Assembly: GCA_036276755.1 (NCBI GenBank)
Contig: DASUOG010000005.1
Location: 13,777 to 77,776 of the forward strand
Reading direction: 5' to 3'
Origin: Candidatus Saccharimonadales bacterium
GTDB lineage: Bacteria > Patescibacteriota > Saccharimonadia > Saccharimonadales > 2-12-FULL-41-12
Length of the DNA stretch: 64,000 nt
Part shown: positions 19,377 through 29,805 of the stretch, piece by piece
Numbering within the stretch: the first letter of the stretch is position 1
Layout: each line of letters opens with the position of its first letter
Notes under the pieces: generated by a model
Told to the model about the DNA's origin: nothing
Databases searched by the model: none
What the model saw: only the letters and a program-made list of their open reading frames with translations
Made by a program: the position numbers and the translations under genes

Positions 19377-20490
19377 GTTAAAAATAGCTTTTGTTATAGA
19401 TGACGGCATGGACAGGCCCGACGGTGTACAGCAATATGTTCTAACGCTTGGCAGGTGGTTTAAGCGGCAAGGCCATAGCGTACGATACCTCACGGGTGAA
19501 ACTTCACGGCAAGATATAAAAGATGTTATCCCGCTTGCCAGGAACCTGTCCGTGCGATTCAACGGTAACAGTTTGACCACCCCCTTGCGGGCTTCGGGCT
19601 CAAAGATCAAAAAAGTGCTTGATGAAGAACGATTCGACATAATTCATGTACAAATTCCTCATAGTCCGTTCATGGCAGCCAGAGTCGTGCGGAGGGCTCA
19701 CAAAAACTCAATCGTAATAGGCACCTTCCATGTACTTCCCACCGGCAGATTACAGCGGGCAGGGACCAAACTGCTCGGTCTTGTTCTCAAATATAACCTG
19801 AAAAAGTTCGATATGTTCTTAAGCGTGTCCAAGCCGGCTAAACGTTTCGCCAAAAAAGCGTTCGGTATAAACAGCACGGTACTGCCGAACCCTGTTGAGA
19901 CAACCAGATTCAAAAAAAATACAAAAACGCGTGATAACAAGAGCGTCAGTATATTATTTTTGGGTCGCCTGGTGCCCAGGAAAGGCTGCATGCAGCTAAT
20001 AAAAGCTGTTGAGATCCTTCTGCAGGCCGATTTAGCTGCGGATATAAAATTGGATATCTGCGGTAGTGGCAATCAAAAAAACGCTGTTGAAAAGTACATA
20101 CAAGCAAGAGACGATCTGAAAAAAATAACAGTCATGCACGGTTTCGTCAGTGAAAAAAAGAAGGCCGAACTTTTAGCCAATGCCGATTTCGCAGTATTTC
20201 CCTCTTTGTCCGGTGAGAGCTTCGGGATAGTGCTGATTGAAGCCATGGCTGCCGAAACCGGCGCGGTATTGGCCGGGAACAACCCGGGTTATTCAAGTGT
20301 GCTCTCGAGTGTTCCGGACAGCTTGTTCGATCCGAAAAACCCTCGGGAGCTGAGTGATAAATTGCTTGAGCTTATCAAAAGCAAAAAGAAATTCGACTCT
20401 ATGCATAACAGGCAACAAAGCTTAGTGAAGAAATTTGATGTAGAAAGAATCGGTACTAAACTGCTGGATATATACACAGCGAAAGCTTAA
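19369..20490 (+). CDS. glycosyltransferase family 4 (GT-B fold), second copy
   Basis: GESFGIVLIEAMAAETGAVLAG. Start chosen at the ATGAATAA overlap with the upstream gene (MNKLKIAFVIDDG) rather than the ORF-track start at 19342. Confidence 0.75.
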   Translation: MNKLKIAFVIDDGMDRPDGVQQYVLTLGRWFKRQGHSVRYLTGETSRQDIKDVIPLARNLSVRFNGNSLTTPLRASGSKIKKVLDEERFDIIHVQIPHSPFMAARVVRRAHKNSIVIGTFHVLPTGRLQRAGTKLLGLVLKYNLKKFDMFLSVSKPAKRFAKKAFGINSTVLPNPVETTRFKKNTKTRDNKSVSILFLGRLVPRKGCMQLIKAVEILLQADLAADIKLDICGSGNQKNAVEKYIQARDDLKKITVMHGFVSEKKKAELLANADFAVFPSLSGESFGIVLIEAMAAETGAVLAGNNPGYSSVLSSVPDSLFDPKNPRELSDKLLELIKSKKKFDSMHNRQQSLVKKFDVERIGTKLLDIYTAKA

Positions 20491-20531
20491 CAGCTTGCAC
20501 TAATCTTACCAATAGGTCAAAATATTGATGA

Positions 20532-21611
20532 ATGAGTACGGAAAAAAATAAGCACATCACGATAAGCGTGGAGTCGCGCACTATAGTACGTGTGATATTG
20601 ATAGTTTTCGGTACGCTCCTGCTGCTTGCATTTCTGAAGGTCATCGCCCATGCCTTGGTGCTTATATTTTTTGCTTTCTTTTTGGCTCTTGCATTGAATC
20701 CGGCAGTCAGCTGGATTGCCCAACGCTTACGAAGCGGCAGCCGGGTAAGGGCTACCGGCTTGGCATATTTAGTGGTACTTACCCTGCTTATTACATTCTT
20801 TGTGTTGGTGATCCCGCCGCTTATCAGACAGACCGTTGAATTTCTGCAAGATGTTCCCCAGACCATCAGCAGTCTTACGGCTGAAGATTCCGCTTTCGGC
20901 CGATTTATTGAACGGAACAATCTGGAAGGCCAGTTAAACAGTCTGGCGGAAGATTTCGGCAACAGGTTCAAAGATGTGAGAGAGCCGATACTCTCAACCG
21001 CAAGTGCGGTCGGTACGGCATTCATAAGTACGATCACCGTATTGGTTCTTACCTTTATGATGCTGGTGGAAGGGCCGGCCTGGTTTGACAAATTAGTCGC
21101 TATGCAACCCAAGCCCAAGCGAGAAGCCAGAAAAAAACTGGCCAAAAAACTTTATAAGGTAGTTACGAATTACGTAAACGGTCAGGTCATCGTGGCATTT
21201 ATAGCAGGCTCATTCGCTCTGATAGCACTGATTATCGCTAGCAATATTTATGGTGTTTCGATCAATGCCGTAGCGCTGGCGGCGATCATAATGCTGTTCG
21301 GATTGCTGCCGTTGATCGGTGCTACCATTGGCGCCGTGATCGTGGTCTTGGCCTGTTTATTGCAGTCGGTCGCTCTGGCGATCACCATGGCCATCTTCTT
21401 CATTATTTACCAGCAAATAGAGAACCTGACCATTCAGCCATATGTACAGTCCAAGACTAACAGTCTGACGCCACTCATAGTATTCACGGCAGCTCTGATA
21501 GGAGTAAGCGTCGGCGGAATACTAGGAGCTTTCATAGCCATACCTACCGCCGGCTGTATCAAGATATTCATTGCGGATTATTATTCCAAACGTCTGGAAA
21601 CTTACAAATAG
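20532..21611 (+). CDS. AI-2E family transporter (PerM/YhhT-like permease)
   Basis: 359 aa with 7–8 TM helices. N-terminal pattern LIFFAFFLALALNPAVSWI is typical of the UPF0118/AI-2E family. Confidence 0.65.
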   Translation: MSTEKNKHITISVESRTIVRVILIVFGTLLLLAFLKVIAHALVLIFFAFFLALALNPAVSWIAQRLRSGSRVRATGLAYLVVLTLLITFFVLVIPPLIRQTVEFLQDVPQTISSLTAEDSAFGRFIERNNLEGQLNSLAEDFGNRFKDVREPILSTASAVGTAFISTITVLVLTFMMLVEGPAWFDKLVAMQPKPKREARKKLAKKLYKVVTNYVNGQVIVAFIAGSFALIALIIASNIYGVSINAVALAAIIMLFGLLPLIGATIGAVIVVLACLLQSVALAITMAIFFIIYQQIENLTIQPYVQSKTNSLTPLIVFTAALIGVSVGGILGAFIAIPTAGCIKIFIADYYSKRLETYK

Positions 21612-21612
21612 C

Positions 21613-23016
21613 CTAATCTGTCATTCTAAACCACAGGGAACTTCTACCGACGTCATCCAAGCCGATGTTCTGATGTTTTAACCGGCTTCTTAGGTTATCG
21701 GCCACTTGCCAATCCCCTTGTTCTCTGGCATTTATACGTTCGGTAATAAGCCTCTTTTGTTCTGCCGTTATGTCGACAGAAGTTAAAAGTTCGAAACCGA
21801 ACAAGTCGTCCAGCCATTTCAGAAATTTAATAAATTCATCTTTGTTTTGTGATATCTCTTTGCCGAATTCTTGTACATATCGGGCTAGGTATGAGACCCC
21901 TAACGATGTATTTAAATTATCGGCAAGCGCTTGCTCGATCTCTCCTCTTAGCCGCGTCAGGCCTTTTGTCGTTTCGGTGTGGGCATCGTTTCCAAGCTGA
22001 AACCTTAAGTCCGCGGCAGCTTGAAGTTCCAGCCGCTTTCTTCTGGCTTCTTCCAGCGCCAGCCAGGTAAAATTCGCCTCGTTCCGGTAATTACTGTTTA
22101 AAACGAACATGCGGAAATCTTTGCCGTTGAATCCTTTATTTTTCAAGTCCTCTATCGTGTAGCCGTTATCCAGGCTTTTGGAAATCTTCTGGCCGTTTAT
22201 CTTAAGATGGTTGTTGTGTACCCAGTACCGGGATAACGGCTGATTTGTAACCGATTCCGATTGAGCTATCTCGTTTGTATGGTGGATCGGGATATGCTCT
22301 ATGCCGCCGGCATGGATATCGATAGTCTGTCCTAGTTCGCTAAGAATAATCGCCGAGCATTCCAGATGCCAGCCGGGAAAACCTCTGCCCCAGGGGCTAT
22401 CCCATTCCATGTCGCGTTTTTTATCCTTTGGAGAGAACTTCCATAGCGCGAAATCGGTCGGGTGTCTTTTGCCGCCCATAGATATTCTGGCGCCGGTTTT
22501 TTGACCTTTTATATCCAGTTTGGCCATCTTTCCATAGTCCTTCACCGTCGTGCTGTCAAAATACACACCGTCAGCCGTGATGTAGGTATGTCCCGCCGTT
22601 TCCAGCTTTTTTATCACATCTATCTGCTTATCTATATAATCCGTAGCCCTGACTATCTTTTCCTTTGGAATCGAGATATTGAAATAGTCCAGCCCGCCAA
22701 TGAAATATCCACTGTAATGTTCGGCTATTTGCCATGCTGTCTTGGCTTCTTTGCGGGCGGTTTTTTCCAGCTTGTCTTCGCCCTCATCGGCATCACTTAC
22801 CAAGTGGCCGACATCGGTTATATTCATTACCCAATCGACTTCATAACCTTCGCTGCGCAGAGTTCTGGCCAGGATGTCGTATCGGATAAACGAAGCCCAG
22901 TTACCTATGGTCGGTTTTTCATAAACCGTCGGTCCGCAACTATAATATTTAACTTTTTTATCAGCCGGAACCTTAAACGGTTCTTTTGTTCTCGAGGCCG
23001 TGTTATATATCTGCAT
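21613..23016 (-). CDS. cysS: cysteinyl-tRNA synthetase
   Basis: Class I aminoacyl-tRNA synthetase. CGPTVYE near the N-terminus, PGWHLECSA zinc/cysteine-binding motif, and KISKS (KMSKS variant). Confidence 0.9.
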   Translation of the reverse strand: MQIYNTASRTKEPFKVPADKKVKYYSCGPTVYEKPTIGNWASFIRYDILARTLRSEGYEVDWVMNITDVGHLVSDADEGEDKLEKTARKEAKTAWQIAEHYSGYFIGGLDYFNISIPKEKIVRATDYIDKQIDVIKKLETAGHTYITADGVYFDSTTVKDYGKMAKLDIKGQKTGARISMGGKRHPTDFALWKFSPKDKKRDMEWDSPWGRGFPGWHLECSAIILSELGQTIDIHAGGIEHIPIHHTNEIAQSESVTNQPLSRYWVHNNHLKINGQKISKSLDNGYTIEDLKNKGFNGKDFRMFVLNSNYRNEANFTWLALEEARRKRLELQAAADLRFQLGNDAHTETTKGLTRLRGEIEQALADNLNTSLGVSYLARYVQEFGKEISQNKDEFIKFLKWLDDLFGFELLTSVDITAEQKRLITERINAREQGDWQVADNLRSRLKHQNIGLDDVGRSSLWFRMTD

Positions 23017-24013
23017 CGTTCGTTGCTTTGAGTTTATTTAATTCATCTTCTATATGGTTAGCGCATTTGGATAATATGTCTTTGAACTCACTGCCGTCGG
23101 TAACCCGGAAACCGCTGGCGTAAGGATGTCCGCCGCCGCCGAATTGCTCGGCTACGGCATCGCACAAGGGATACCCGTAATTAGAACGCAATTTAGCAGT
23201 GATCCTGCCATCCGGATAGTGCTTAAAGGCGACAGCGACTTTAACTTTTTCAACTTGGCGCATCTCATCGATAACCAGCATGGAGGGATTGTACAACGGA
23301 CTGTACTTTTCAATCTCTGCCCACGGTATGCTTATATAAGCGACCTGCCCTTCAAGGAGATACTCTACCCTTTTTAATAAATCGCCCTTGTAGCTTAGAA
23401 GTTCGGGCTGTTTTTTCTGGAACACCTTGCGTTTTGAATCCAGCTCCGCTAGACTCACCCCTCCTTCTATCAGATCGGCAATTATTCTTACGCTGGTAGG
23501 AGTGGTGCTCTCACTAATCAGACCCAGGCTATCGCTAAGTATAGAATTGACAATATATTCTTTGGCGTCCAGCGGCAGCGGCCATTTATTTTGCTTGCAC
23601 AGCCCATATATCAACTCACCCGTTGAAACCGCCTCTTTGATAATAGAGGTCGTGGCAAAATCTATAGTAGGTTCCGTGATATGGTGGTCAATTATGATAC
23701 AAGGTTTGGACTTCAGCCACTTGATGTCGCCGGTCTTTTGCAGGTTCTCAAGCAACAATATAGAACCGGTATCCACTATTATGGAAAGATCAAATTCATG
23801 CGGAAGGCTCTTTACCACCCTGTCCCAGCCCTTCATGAACCGCAAGTAAGACGGAATATCCACGCCGCAATACATAACAGGCTTTTTGCCCATCTCGATA
23901 AAGACGGCTTCTAAAGCCAGCGATGAGGCAAGGCTGTCGCCGTCAGGATTGTCAGCCTGGATGATTACTATGCTATTCGCGGATTCGATAAGCGACTGAG
24001 GGGTCTTTTTCAC
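23003..24013 (-). CDS. nrnA: DHH-family phosphoesterase (NrnA-like oligoribonuclease/pAp phosphatase)
   Basis: DHH motif IIIDHHITEP. C-terminal DHHA1 motif GGGHPYASGF. Confidence 0.8.
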   Translation of the reverse strand: MKKTPQSLIESANSIVIIQADNPDGDSLASSLALEAVFIEMGKKPVMYCGVDIPSYLRFMKGWDRVVKSLPHEFDLSIIVDTGSILLLENLQKTGDIKWLKSKPCIIIDHHITEPTIDFATTSIIKEAVSTGELIYGLCKQNKWPLPLDAKEYIVNSILSDSLGLISESTTPTSVRIIADLIEGGVSLAELDSKRKVFQKKQPELLSYKGDLLKRVEYLLEGQVAYISIPWAEIEKYSPLYNPSMLVIDEMRQVEKVKVAVAFKHYPDGRITAKLRSNYGYPLCDAVAEQFGGGGHPYASGFRVTDGSEFKDILSKCANHIEDELNKLKATNDADI

Positions 24014-24609
24014 ACGGTTCTCCTACCTTCGAATGCTTTGGACAAGGTTATCTGGTCGGCATATTCGATATCCAAGCCGATGGGCAGCCCCTGGGCAAGC
24101 CGGCTGACCCGCACCTTCATCCCGGATAATTGTTTTTGGATATAATGGGCGGTCGATTCACCTTCTATACTGGCATTGGTAGCGATCACCACTTCCCCTA
24201 CCTTGTCGGAGCGGACCCGTTTTATAAGTTCCGGTATGTGCAAGGCTTCCGGCGTAAGGTTGTCTATAGGGGAAATCAGGCCGCCTAACACGTGGTACGT
24301 GCCATTGAATGCATTGGTGTTTTCCAGGGCTACCACATCAAAGTTATCCTCGACCACGGCCACGATAGTCTTGTCCCTGCCCGTATCGCTATAGATGGGT
24401 GAGACCTTTTCGTCCTTGTCTATCAGTTCGTACGTTATCGGACAAACCTTTATATTCGCCTTCAGATTCCCTATGGAGGAAGCCAAACCGTCTAGGGTGC
24501 TCGTTTCAGCCTTGAATAAGTAATAAGCGTAGCGTTCGGCCGTTCTGGGACCTACGCCCGGTAGTTCCTTTAATGCATCTATCAAATCAGTTAAAGCTTT
24601 GGGAAGCAT
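24010..24609 (-). CDS. recR: recombination protein RecR
   Basis: N-terminal helix-hairpin-helix LKELPGVGPRTAERYAYYL, with Toprim and C-terminal regions. The usual C4 zinc finger is degenerate; only one Cys remains. Confidence 0.85.
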   Translation of the reverse strand: MLPKALTDLIDALKELPGVGPRTAERYAYYLFKAETSTLDGLASSIGNLKANIKVCPITYELIDKDEKVSPIYSDTGRDKTIVAVVEDNFDVVALENTNAFNGTYHVLGGLISPIDNLTPEALHIPELIKRVRSDKVGEVVIATNASIEGESTAHYIQKQLSGMKVRVSRLAQGLPIGLDIEYADQITLSKAFEGRRTV

Positions 24610-24627
24610 ATTGCGGCATAATTCTAG

Positions 24628-24921
24628 TTATAGCCCCAGGTTGCCGAGCATACCCATCATCGGCTGCATCTTTTCCGCGGCATATTTCTGGCTTTGGGTT
24701 ATGGCATTCTTGACCGCTTCTTCGACCCACTTTTCAAGTTCGCCGATGTCATCAAGGTCGACTCTTTCCGGATCGATATGTATCTTCTTGATTTTCTGTT
24801 CGCCGTTAATCTCAACTGTAACAGCTTCATCCCCGGCAGAAACGGTTATGATTTCCTTTTTAAGTTCTTTTTGGACTTTTTTGACTTTCATCAACATTTT
24901 AGCCTGGTCAAACCTACTCAT
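24628..24921 (-). CDS. ybaB: nucleoid-associated protein YbaB/EbfC
   Basis: 97 aa. Pattern MLMKVKKVQKELKK...GEQKIKKIHIDPE...MMGMLGNLGL and the position next to recR/dnaX are both typical of YbaB. Confidence 0.85.
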   Translation of the reverse strand: MSRFDQAKMLMKVKKVQKELKKEIITVSAGDEAVTVEINGEQKIKKIHIDPERVDLDDIGELEKWVEEAVKNAITQSQKYAAEKMQPMMGMLGNLGL

Positions 24922-24954
24922 ATATGACTCCTTTATCTATTTAATTGTAGCAGA

Positions 24955-26325
24955 TTAGCTTTCGAATATCCTTTGGTATTCCTCAGTTTCCGGCCAGCCG
25001 ATGAAGTATCGTTCGGTATGGTAGCTGCATATCAAAAACATGCCGAGTAGTATTATCGCTATCCCGAGCAACCGGGCCAGAGGATTGTTCGGGAATATGC
25101 TCATCCATTGTTCTATCAGGTAGGCAATACCTACGGCTATGATTATGTAAATCAGGGGCAGAAGAACTGATATATATGTAATACCGTTAACAGCGATCAA
25201 CAAGATAGCCAGAATTATGGATGAAAATATAATTTTTTTGCCCACGGGATGGCTTTTAGTCCGAATAAGGTATACCAGGCCGGCCAGCAAAAAAATTGCC
25301 GAAACGAAATCGATTATAGGGGTTTTATAAAGCCAGATCGAATAGTCATTGATGCCGTTGATAAACAGCTGGCCCGGTAACTCGGCCAAAGTAGCTTTCA
25401 TGGTGCCAAGAGAAGGCAGGCTGCCTACCTCCGCCCCGGCCAGTTTTATCAGCTGTGTAGAACTATCTAGAGACAGATAATTTATAACCAAGGCCATATA
25501 CGAAACGATTACCGACATGAACAGCACAGCCGGCAGGATAATATTCTTTATGCTTTTCTTTTCTTTAAGATAGTATAGCCCGATACTTGCCGCTATCAAG
25601 AAAAGCCATACGGCCCCCGGCACGAACAACAATTGCGCTAGTAAGATTGCTCCTATGACCGTGATGGCCAGTGAATTCGTGCGTAACACCAGGCTGCCGC
25701 AGTACAAAAGTACAGGTACCAAAGCTGCCGCCAGGACCGCAACGCCGTCTTGTCGGGCCTGGAGCAATAGCCAGGTTGAGCTTGCATAAGCCAAAAGTGT
25801 CAACACAGCCGTACGTTTGTTAATCCACCTAGCTACCAGCTTATAAAAACAAAACAGCGAGAACAGCAAAACAGCAACGGAGAGCAACCTTGCTTCCAGC
25901 TGTCCGGCCAAGTGCAGTTTGGCCAGGCCTATTAACAGCAATTTCATAGGCATATAATCCGCCGATTCTATGTCTGAAAGATGTTCATATGTTTTGGATG
26001 CGCCGTCATCGGACATAAGCGCCGGAAAATTCTCAAGATCGAACAGGTAGATTCCCAGTATAAAGACAGGTATGACCATGTACAATATCCTGTCTCTGAT
26101 CCAGCCTAACGTGCCGGCAATGGATAACCGGCGCTTATCCGCAGGTCCTTTAACCTTCTCCGGAGCCTGTTTTTTGGCAGATTCGGGTTTATTATCGGTT
26201 TTTGTGGACTCTTTTTCAGCTTGAGGTTTTTGTGTGATGCCGTCTATCGTCGAAACCGGCTGTATCTTACGGGGCAATACACCCCCCATACTTAAGATAA
26301 CCGGTCTTTTTTGCTTTTTCACCAT
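24955..26325 (-). CDS. polytopic membrane protein (possible GT-C-type glycosyltransferase)
   Basis: 456 aa. Hydrophilic Lys-rich N-terminus followed by at least 10 TM helices. A DLE/DD-containing first loop is only weakly reminiscent of ArnT/PMT-type enzymes. Confidence 0.4.
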   Translation of the reverse strand: MVKKQKRPVILSMGGVLPRKIQPVSTIDGITQKPQAEKESTKTDNKPESAKKQAPEKVKGPADKRRLSIAGTLGWIRDRILYMVIPVFILGIYLFDLENFPALMSDDGASKTYEHLSDIESADYMPMKLLLIGLAKLHLAGQLEARLLSVAVLLFSLFCFYKLVARWINKRTAVLTLLAYASSTWLLLQARQDGVAVLAAALVPVLLYCGSLVLRTNSLAITVIGAILLAQLLFVPGAVWLFLIAASIGLYYLKEKKSIKNIILPAVLFMSVIVSYMALVINYLSLDSSTQLIKLAGAEVGSLPSLGTMKATLAELPGQLFINGINDYSIWLYKTPIIDFVSAIFLLAGLVYLIRTKSHPVGKKIIFSSIILAILLIAVNGITYISVLLPLIYIIIAVGIAYLIEQWMSIFPNNPLARLLGIAIILLGMFLICSYHTERYFIGWPETEEYQRIFES

Positions 26326-26358
26326 GGATGTCAGTCTATTTTAACAGAATCGCCGGCA

Positions 26359-27723
26359 TTATGTATCAAATGGGGTCGAGTGTCTTTTGGACAGGCTTCT
26401 AAAGCGTTGTTTTTCCCTGTCAAAGTAGAGCTCGATAGCCCCAATGGGGCCGTTACGATGTTTTTTGATAAATATATCGGTTAAATTTTTTCTGTCCGTC
26501 TCAGGATTATAATAATCTTCCCGATACATAAAGGCGACCACATCGGCATCCTGTTCGATAGATCCGGATTCCCGCAAGTCCGCCAGTTGAGGTATCTGCG
26601 GGTGACGGCTTTCAACAGAACGGCTTAGCTGGCTGATCGCAATAAGCGGCACGTTGAGCTCTCTCGCAATACCCTTAAGTCCTCTCGATATCTCAGATAT
26701 TTCCTGAACCCGGTTTCCGCCATCGCCTGAAAACCGCGTACCGCCGCTCATCAGCTGAAGATAATCCACGATAATCAGACCGAGCGGCCGCTTATGAGCT
26801 TCACGTCTGGCCTTAGTACGCAGGTCGCTTACCGTTATGCCCGGACTGTCATCTATATAGATCGGTGCTTCGCTGAGCGAACCCATGGCGTGGCCTATTT
26901 TTTCAAAATCGGCGTCCGTGAGGTTACCGGTGCGTAGGTTCCACGCGTCCACTCCGGCTTCGGCGGCCAGCAAACGATCCACCAGCTGTTCCTTGCTCAT
27001 CTCTAAACTGAACAGTAGGACCGGTTGAGCAGCATTGACGGCTACATTGTGGGCGAAATTAAGCGACAGTGCGGTCTTGCCCATACTGGGCCTGGCCGCC
27101 AGAATGAACAAATCGCTTCTTTGGAAACCAGCTAAGATGTTATCGAGATCTTTAAATCCGGTCGGTATGCCGCGGATCGTACCTTTGTCCTTATGTAACT
27201 CGTCCAGCCGTTCAAAGCTTTCGCTAAGGATGTTCTCCAAACTCACGACATCTTGCTTGATGCGGGTACTGCTTACATCGAAAAGCTTACTCTCGGCCGT
27301 TTCTATAAGATCCTGAACGCTGTCGTTTTCATTAAAACCCAAAGCTATTATGTCCTGGCTGGCACGGATTATCCGCCGACGGACGGCCTTTGACGAAACT
27401 ATTTGCGCATATTCCACTACATGTGCCGCGGAAGGCACAAAATTAGTAAGCTCTGTCAGATACTCCGCGCCGCCGACCAATTTCAAATTATCATCGCCTT
27501 TGAGCTTGTTCGACAAGGTTAAGACATCTATGGGGCTGTGCTCGCCGTACAATGATTTAAGCGCACCGTAGATTATGCGGTTTTTTTCATCATAAAAATC
27601 ATCTTCCCGGATAACATCGGCGATTTTTACGATAGCATCACTATCGATCAGTATGGAGCCCAGCAGGCTGGCCTCGGCTTCAAGGTTGTGCGGCGGTATT
27701 TTAGGTTGGTCGGATTTAACCAT
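26359..27723 (-). CDS. dnaB: replicative DNA helicase
   Basis: N-terminus PPHNLEAEASLLGSIL. Walker A ARPSMGKT and RecA-like C-terminal domain. Confidence 0.95.
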   Translation of the reverse strand: MVKSDQPKIPPHNLEAEASLLGSILIDSDAIVKIADVIREDDFYDEKNRIIYGALKSLYGEHSPIDVLTLSNKLKGDDNLKLVGGAEYLTELTNFVPSAAHVVEYAQIVSSKAVRRRIIRASQDIIALGFNENDSVQDLIETAESKLFDVSSTRIKQDVVSLENILSESFERLDELHKDKGTIRGIPTGFKDLDNILAGFQRSDLFILAARPSMGKTALSLNFAHNVAVNAAQPVLLFSLEMSKEQLVDRLLAAEAGVDAWNLRTGNLTDADFEKIGHAMGSLSEAPIYIDDSPGITVSDLRTKARREAHKRPLGLIIVDYLQLMSGGTRFSGDGGNRVQEISEISRGLKGIARELNVPLIAISQLSRSVESRHPQIPQLADLRESGSIEQDADVVAFMYREDYYNPETDRKNLTDIFIKKHRNGPIGAIELYFDREKQRFRSLSKRHSTPFDT

Positions 27724-27729
27724 CGGTAT

Positions 27730-29127
27730 CTAAGATTCTAGCACTTCGCTTGGACCAAAAATATTGCTTATGCTTTCTACAGAGTCACCGGCGGGTTGGC
27801 TTTTATCACTCCGGTCCGTATTGGCTTGCTTTAAAAACAATTTTACTTCTATGAAATTATCATCTAATTGCTTTAGGGCTTTTTTGACCAGCAAATGATT
27901 CTTCTCGATTGCCATTTGTTTGTAGTGGAACGGGAATTTAAAGTAGAGCTCCAACACGCCGTCGGCATACTTAGCTTCAGCCATACGGGCAATTGAATAC
28001 AGAGAACCATTGTTGTTTTTCAAGCTATCCAGGGCATCCTGCCACAAGTCTTGCCTTGATGGGTCAGCTTTAGGATTCGAAGGGTTTGGCCCGGTTTTGA
28101 TTTCGTTCGCCGGCCGGACCTTAGGACTATCACTACCTTGTTGTTTCAATGTGTCAGCTTTTTTATCGCCGACAGCAGACAATAAAGCCAGCTCGAGCGC
28201 TAAAGCGCTGTTGGCATAATTATCTATTGCCAAAAGGTCTTTGATGATAGTGACTATGCCTTGCCTGTCAATGCCCGGGCTTTTATCATTCAACAAGCAG
28301 TCGCGCAAATAACCGACCAATTGCCGGGCTATCTGGTTATTGGAAGCACCCGAACCACGCAACTTATCAATACCTTTTATGACTTGTTTGGAATCGGATG
28401 CAGCCACACTGTCTATTAATCCGGCTATCTCCTTTTTGGGGCTCAAGCCGAGTATCCGGGCGACATATTCGGTCTTGATAGTCTTGGCACTGTTTCTAAA
28501 CTGGTCCAAAAGTGAAATTGCATCCCGGAAACTTCCATCGGCATTCTCGGCGATTACATCAAGCGCGCTGTCTTCAATGTCGATAGATTCTTTTTTGGCT
28601 ATTTTATCAAGGTGTTTTTTGATGTCAGATACCGATATGCCTGAGAATGCGAACCTTATGCAGCGGCTGGTTATGGTGTCGGGAACTTTATGGAAATCAG
28701 TAGTGGCCAGTACAAACACGGCGTGCTCGGGTGGTTCCTCAAGTGTCTTTAACAATGCATTGAACGCTTCTTTGGTAAGCATGTGTACTTCATCGATGAT
28801 ATATACCTTGTATTTCAGTGCCGACGGAGTGATGTTAACCTTCTCGCGTAATTCCCGTATCTCGTCTATCCGCCGGTTCGAAGCGGCATCTATTTCGATT
28901 ATATCGCTGTATATTTGTTCGTCGGAATAATCCAACCCGTTGATCGCAAACGCGAACAAACGTGCTACGGATGTCTTGCCGACGCCTCTCGGCCCCGTAA
29001 ACAGATAGGCGTGGGCGAAAGAATTGTTTTTAATCGAGTTTACCAGCGTAGTGGTTATATGCTCCTGGCCTATCACCTCTTTGAATGATTTTGAACGATA
29101 TTTTCTATATAAAGCACCTGCTGACAT
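27730..29127 (-). CDS. dnaX: DNA polymerase III subunit gamma/tau (clamp-loader ATPase), short form lacking the zinc module
   Basis: VIGQEHITTTL...YLFTGPRGVGKTSVARLFA, Walker B IIDEVHML, sensor LEEPPEHAVFVLATTD and SRC motif TSRCIRF. The 4-Cys zinc module between Walker A and IEIDAAS is absent. Confidence 0.9.
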   Translation of the reverse strand: MSAGALYRKYRSKSFKEVIGQEHITTTLVNSIKNNSFAHAYLFTGPRGVGKTSVARLFAFAINGLDYSDEQIYSDIIEIDAASNRRIDEIRELREKVNITPSALKYKVYIIDEVHMLTKEAFNALLKTLEEPPEHAVFVLATTDFHKVPDTITSRCIRFAFSGISVSDIKKHLDKIAKKESIDIEDSALDVIAENADGSFRDAISLLDQFRNSAKTIKTEYVARILGLSPKKEIAGLIDSVAASDSKQVIKGIDKLRGSGASNNQIARQLVGYLRDCLLNDKSPGIDRQGIVTIIKDLLAIDNYANSALALELALLSAVGDKKADTLKQQGSDSPKVRPANEIKTGPNPSNPKADPSRQDLWQDALDSLKNNNGSLYSIARMAEAKYADGVLELYFKFPFHYKQMAIEKNHLLVKKALKQLDDNFIEVKLFLKQANTDRSDKSQPAGDSVESISNIFGPSEVLES

Positions 29128-29176
29128 AGACTATATTATACGCCTTTTTATCTTATAAACGAGTTATGGACCGGGT

Positions 29177-29686
29177 TTAGAGGGCGGCTTCCAGGGCAGC
29201 CCACTCCGTGTCCTTGTCATCCTGTGGAACGTTCACGCTGACCTGATCACCCGGTTTGGCCTTAAAATAGGTAACACTGGCTAAAAGCACCCTGTATTGC
29301 TTGTCACCGGCCTTCACATAATAATGACCGTCTTTTAGTTCCAGTTTTCCGACGACTTGTTTTCTCGGTATTGGACCGATCTGCTTATACATGAAGGCGC
29401 CGTCTTCTGAAATAGTAAGTTTCAATATATCGCCCTGGACCAGTTTGGACTTGCTGGCGTAGTTAGCCGGTACCGGGTAAGTCTTGCCGTCGCTGCCTAC
29501 CATGTTCTGCCCGTCGAATACACCCTCTATGACCTTGCCGATATTTTCTTCTACCGCCGCGTTTGTAGCTTCCGGGTCTTCACCAAGCAAGCTTAGGATC
29601 AGCTCCTTAGCTGCGGCAAGACTGGTCTCCGCCTCGGAAATCAAGGTACGGAGTCGTTTTACTTGTTTATCAGGTACATCTGCCAT
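29177..29686 (-). CDS. hypothetical protein
   Basis: 169-aa soluble ORF with no recognisable motif. Confidence 0.35.
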   Translation of the reverse strand: MADVPDKQVKRLRTLISEAETSLAAAKELILSLLGEDPEATNAAVEENIGKVIEGVFDGQNMVGSDGKTYPVPANYASKSKLVQGDILKLTISEDGAFMYKQIGPIPRKQVVGKLELKDGHYYVKAGDKQYRVLLASVTYFKAKPGDQVSVNVPQDDKDTEWAALEAAL

Positions 29687-29805
29687 TTTTTACCGTTTGT
29701 TTTAGCCTCTATTTATTCGGTTCGTTATCCCACTTACTGCGGTTACAGTAGCACCTTTAACCCACCTAAGTCAAAGTGTCAAGGGCTAACTGTGGAAAAT
29801 TACTT

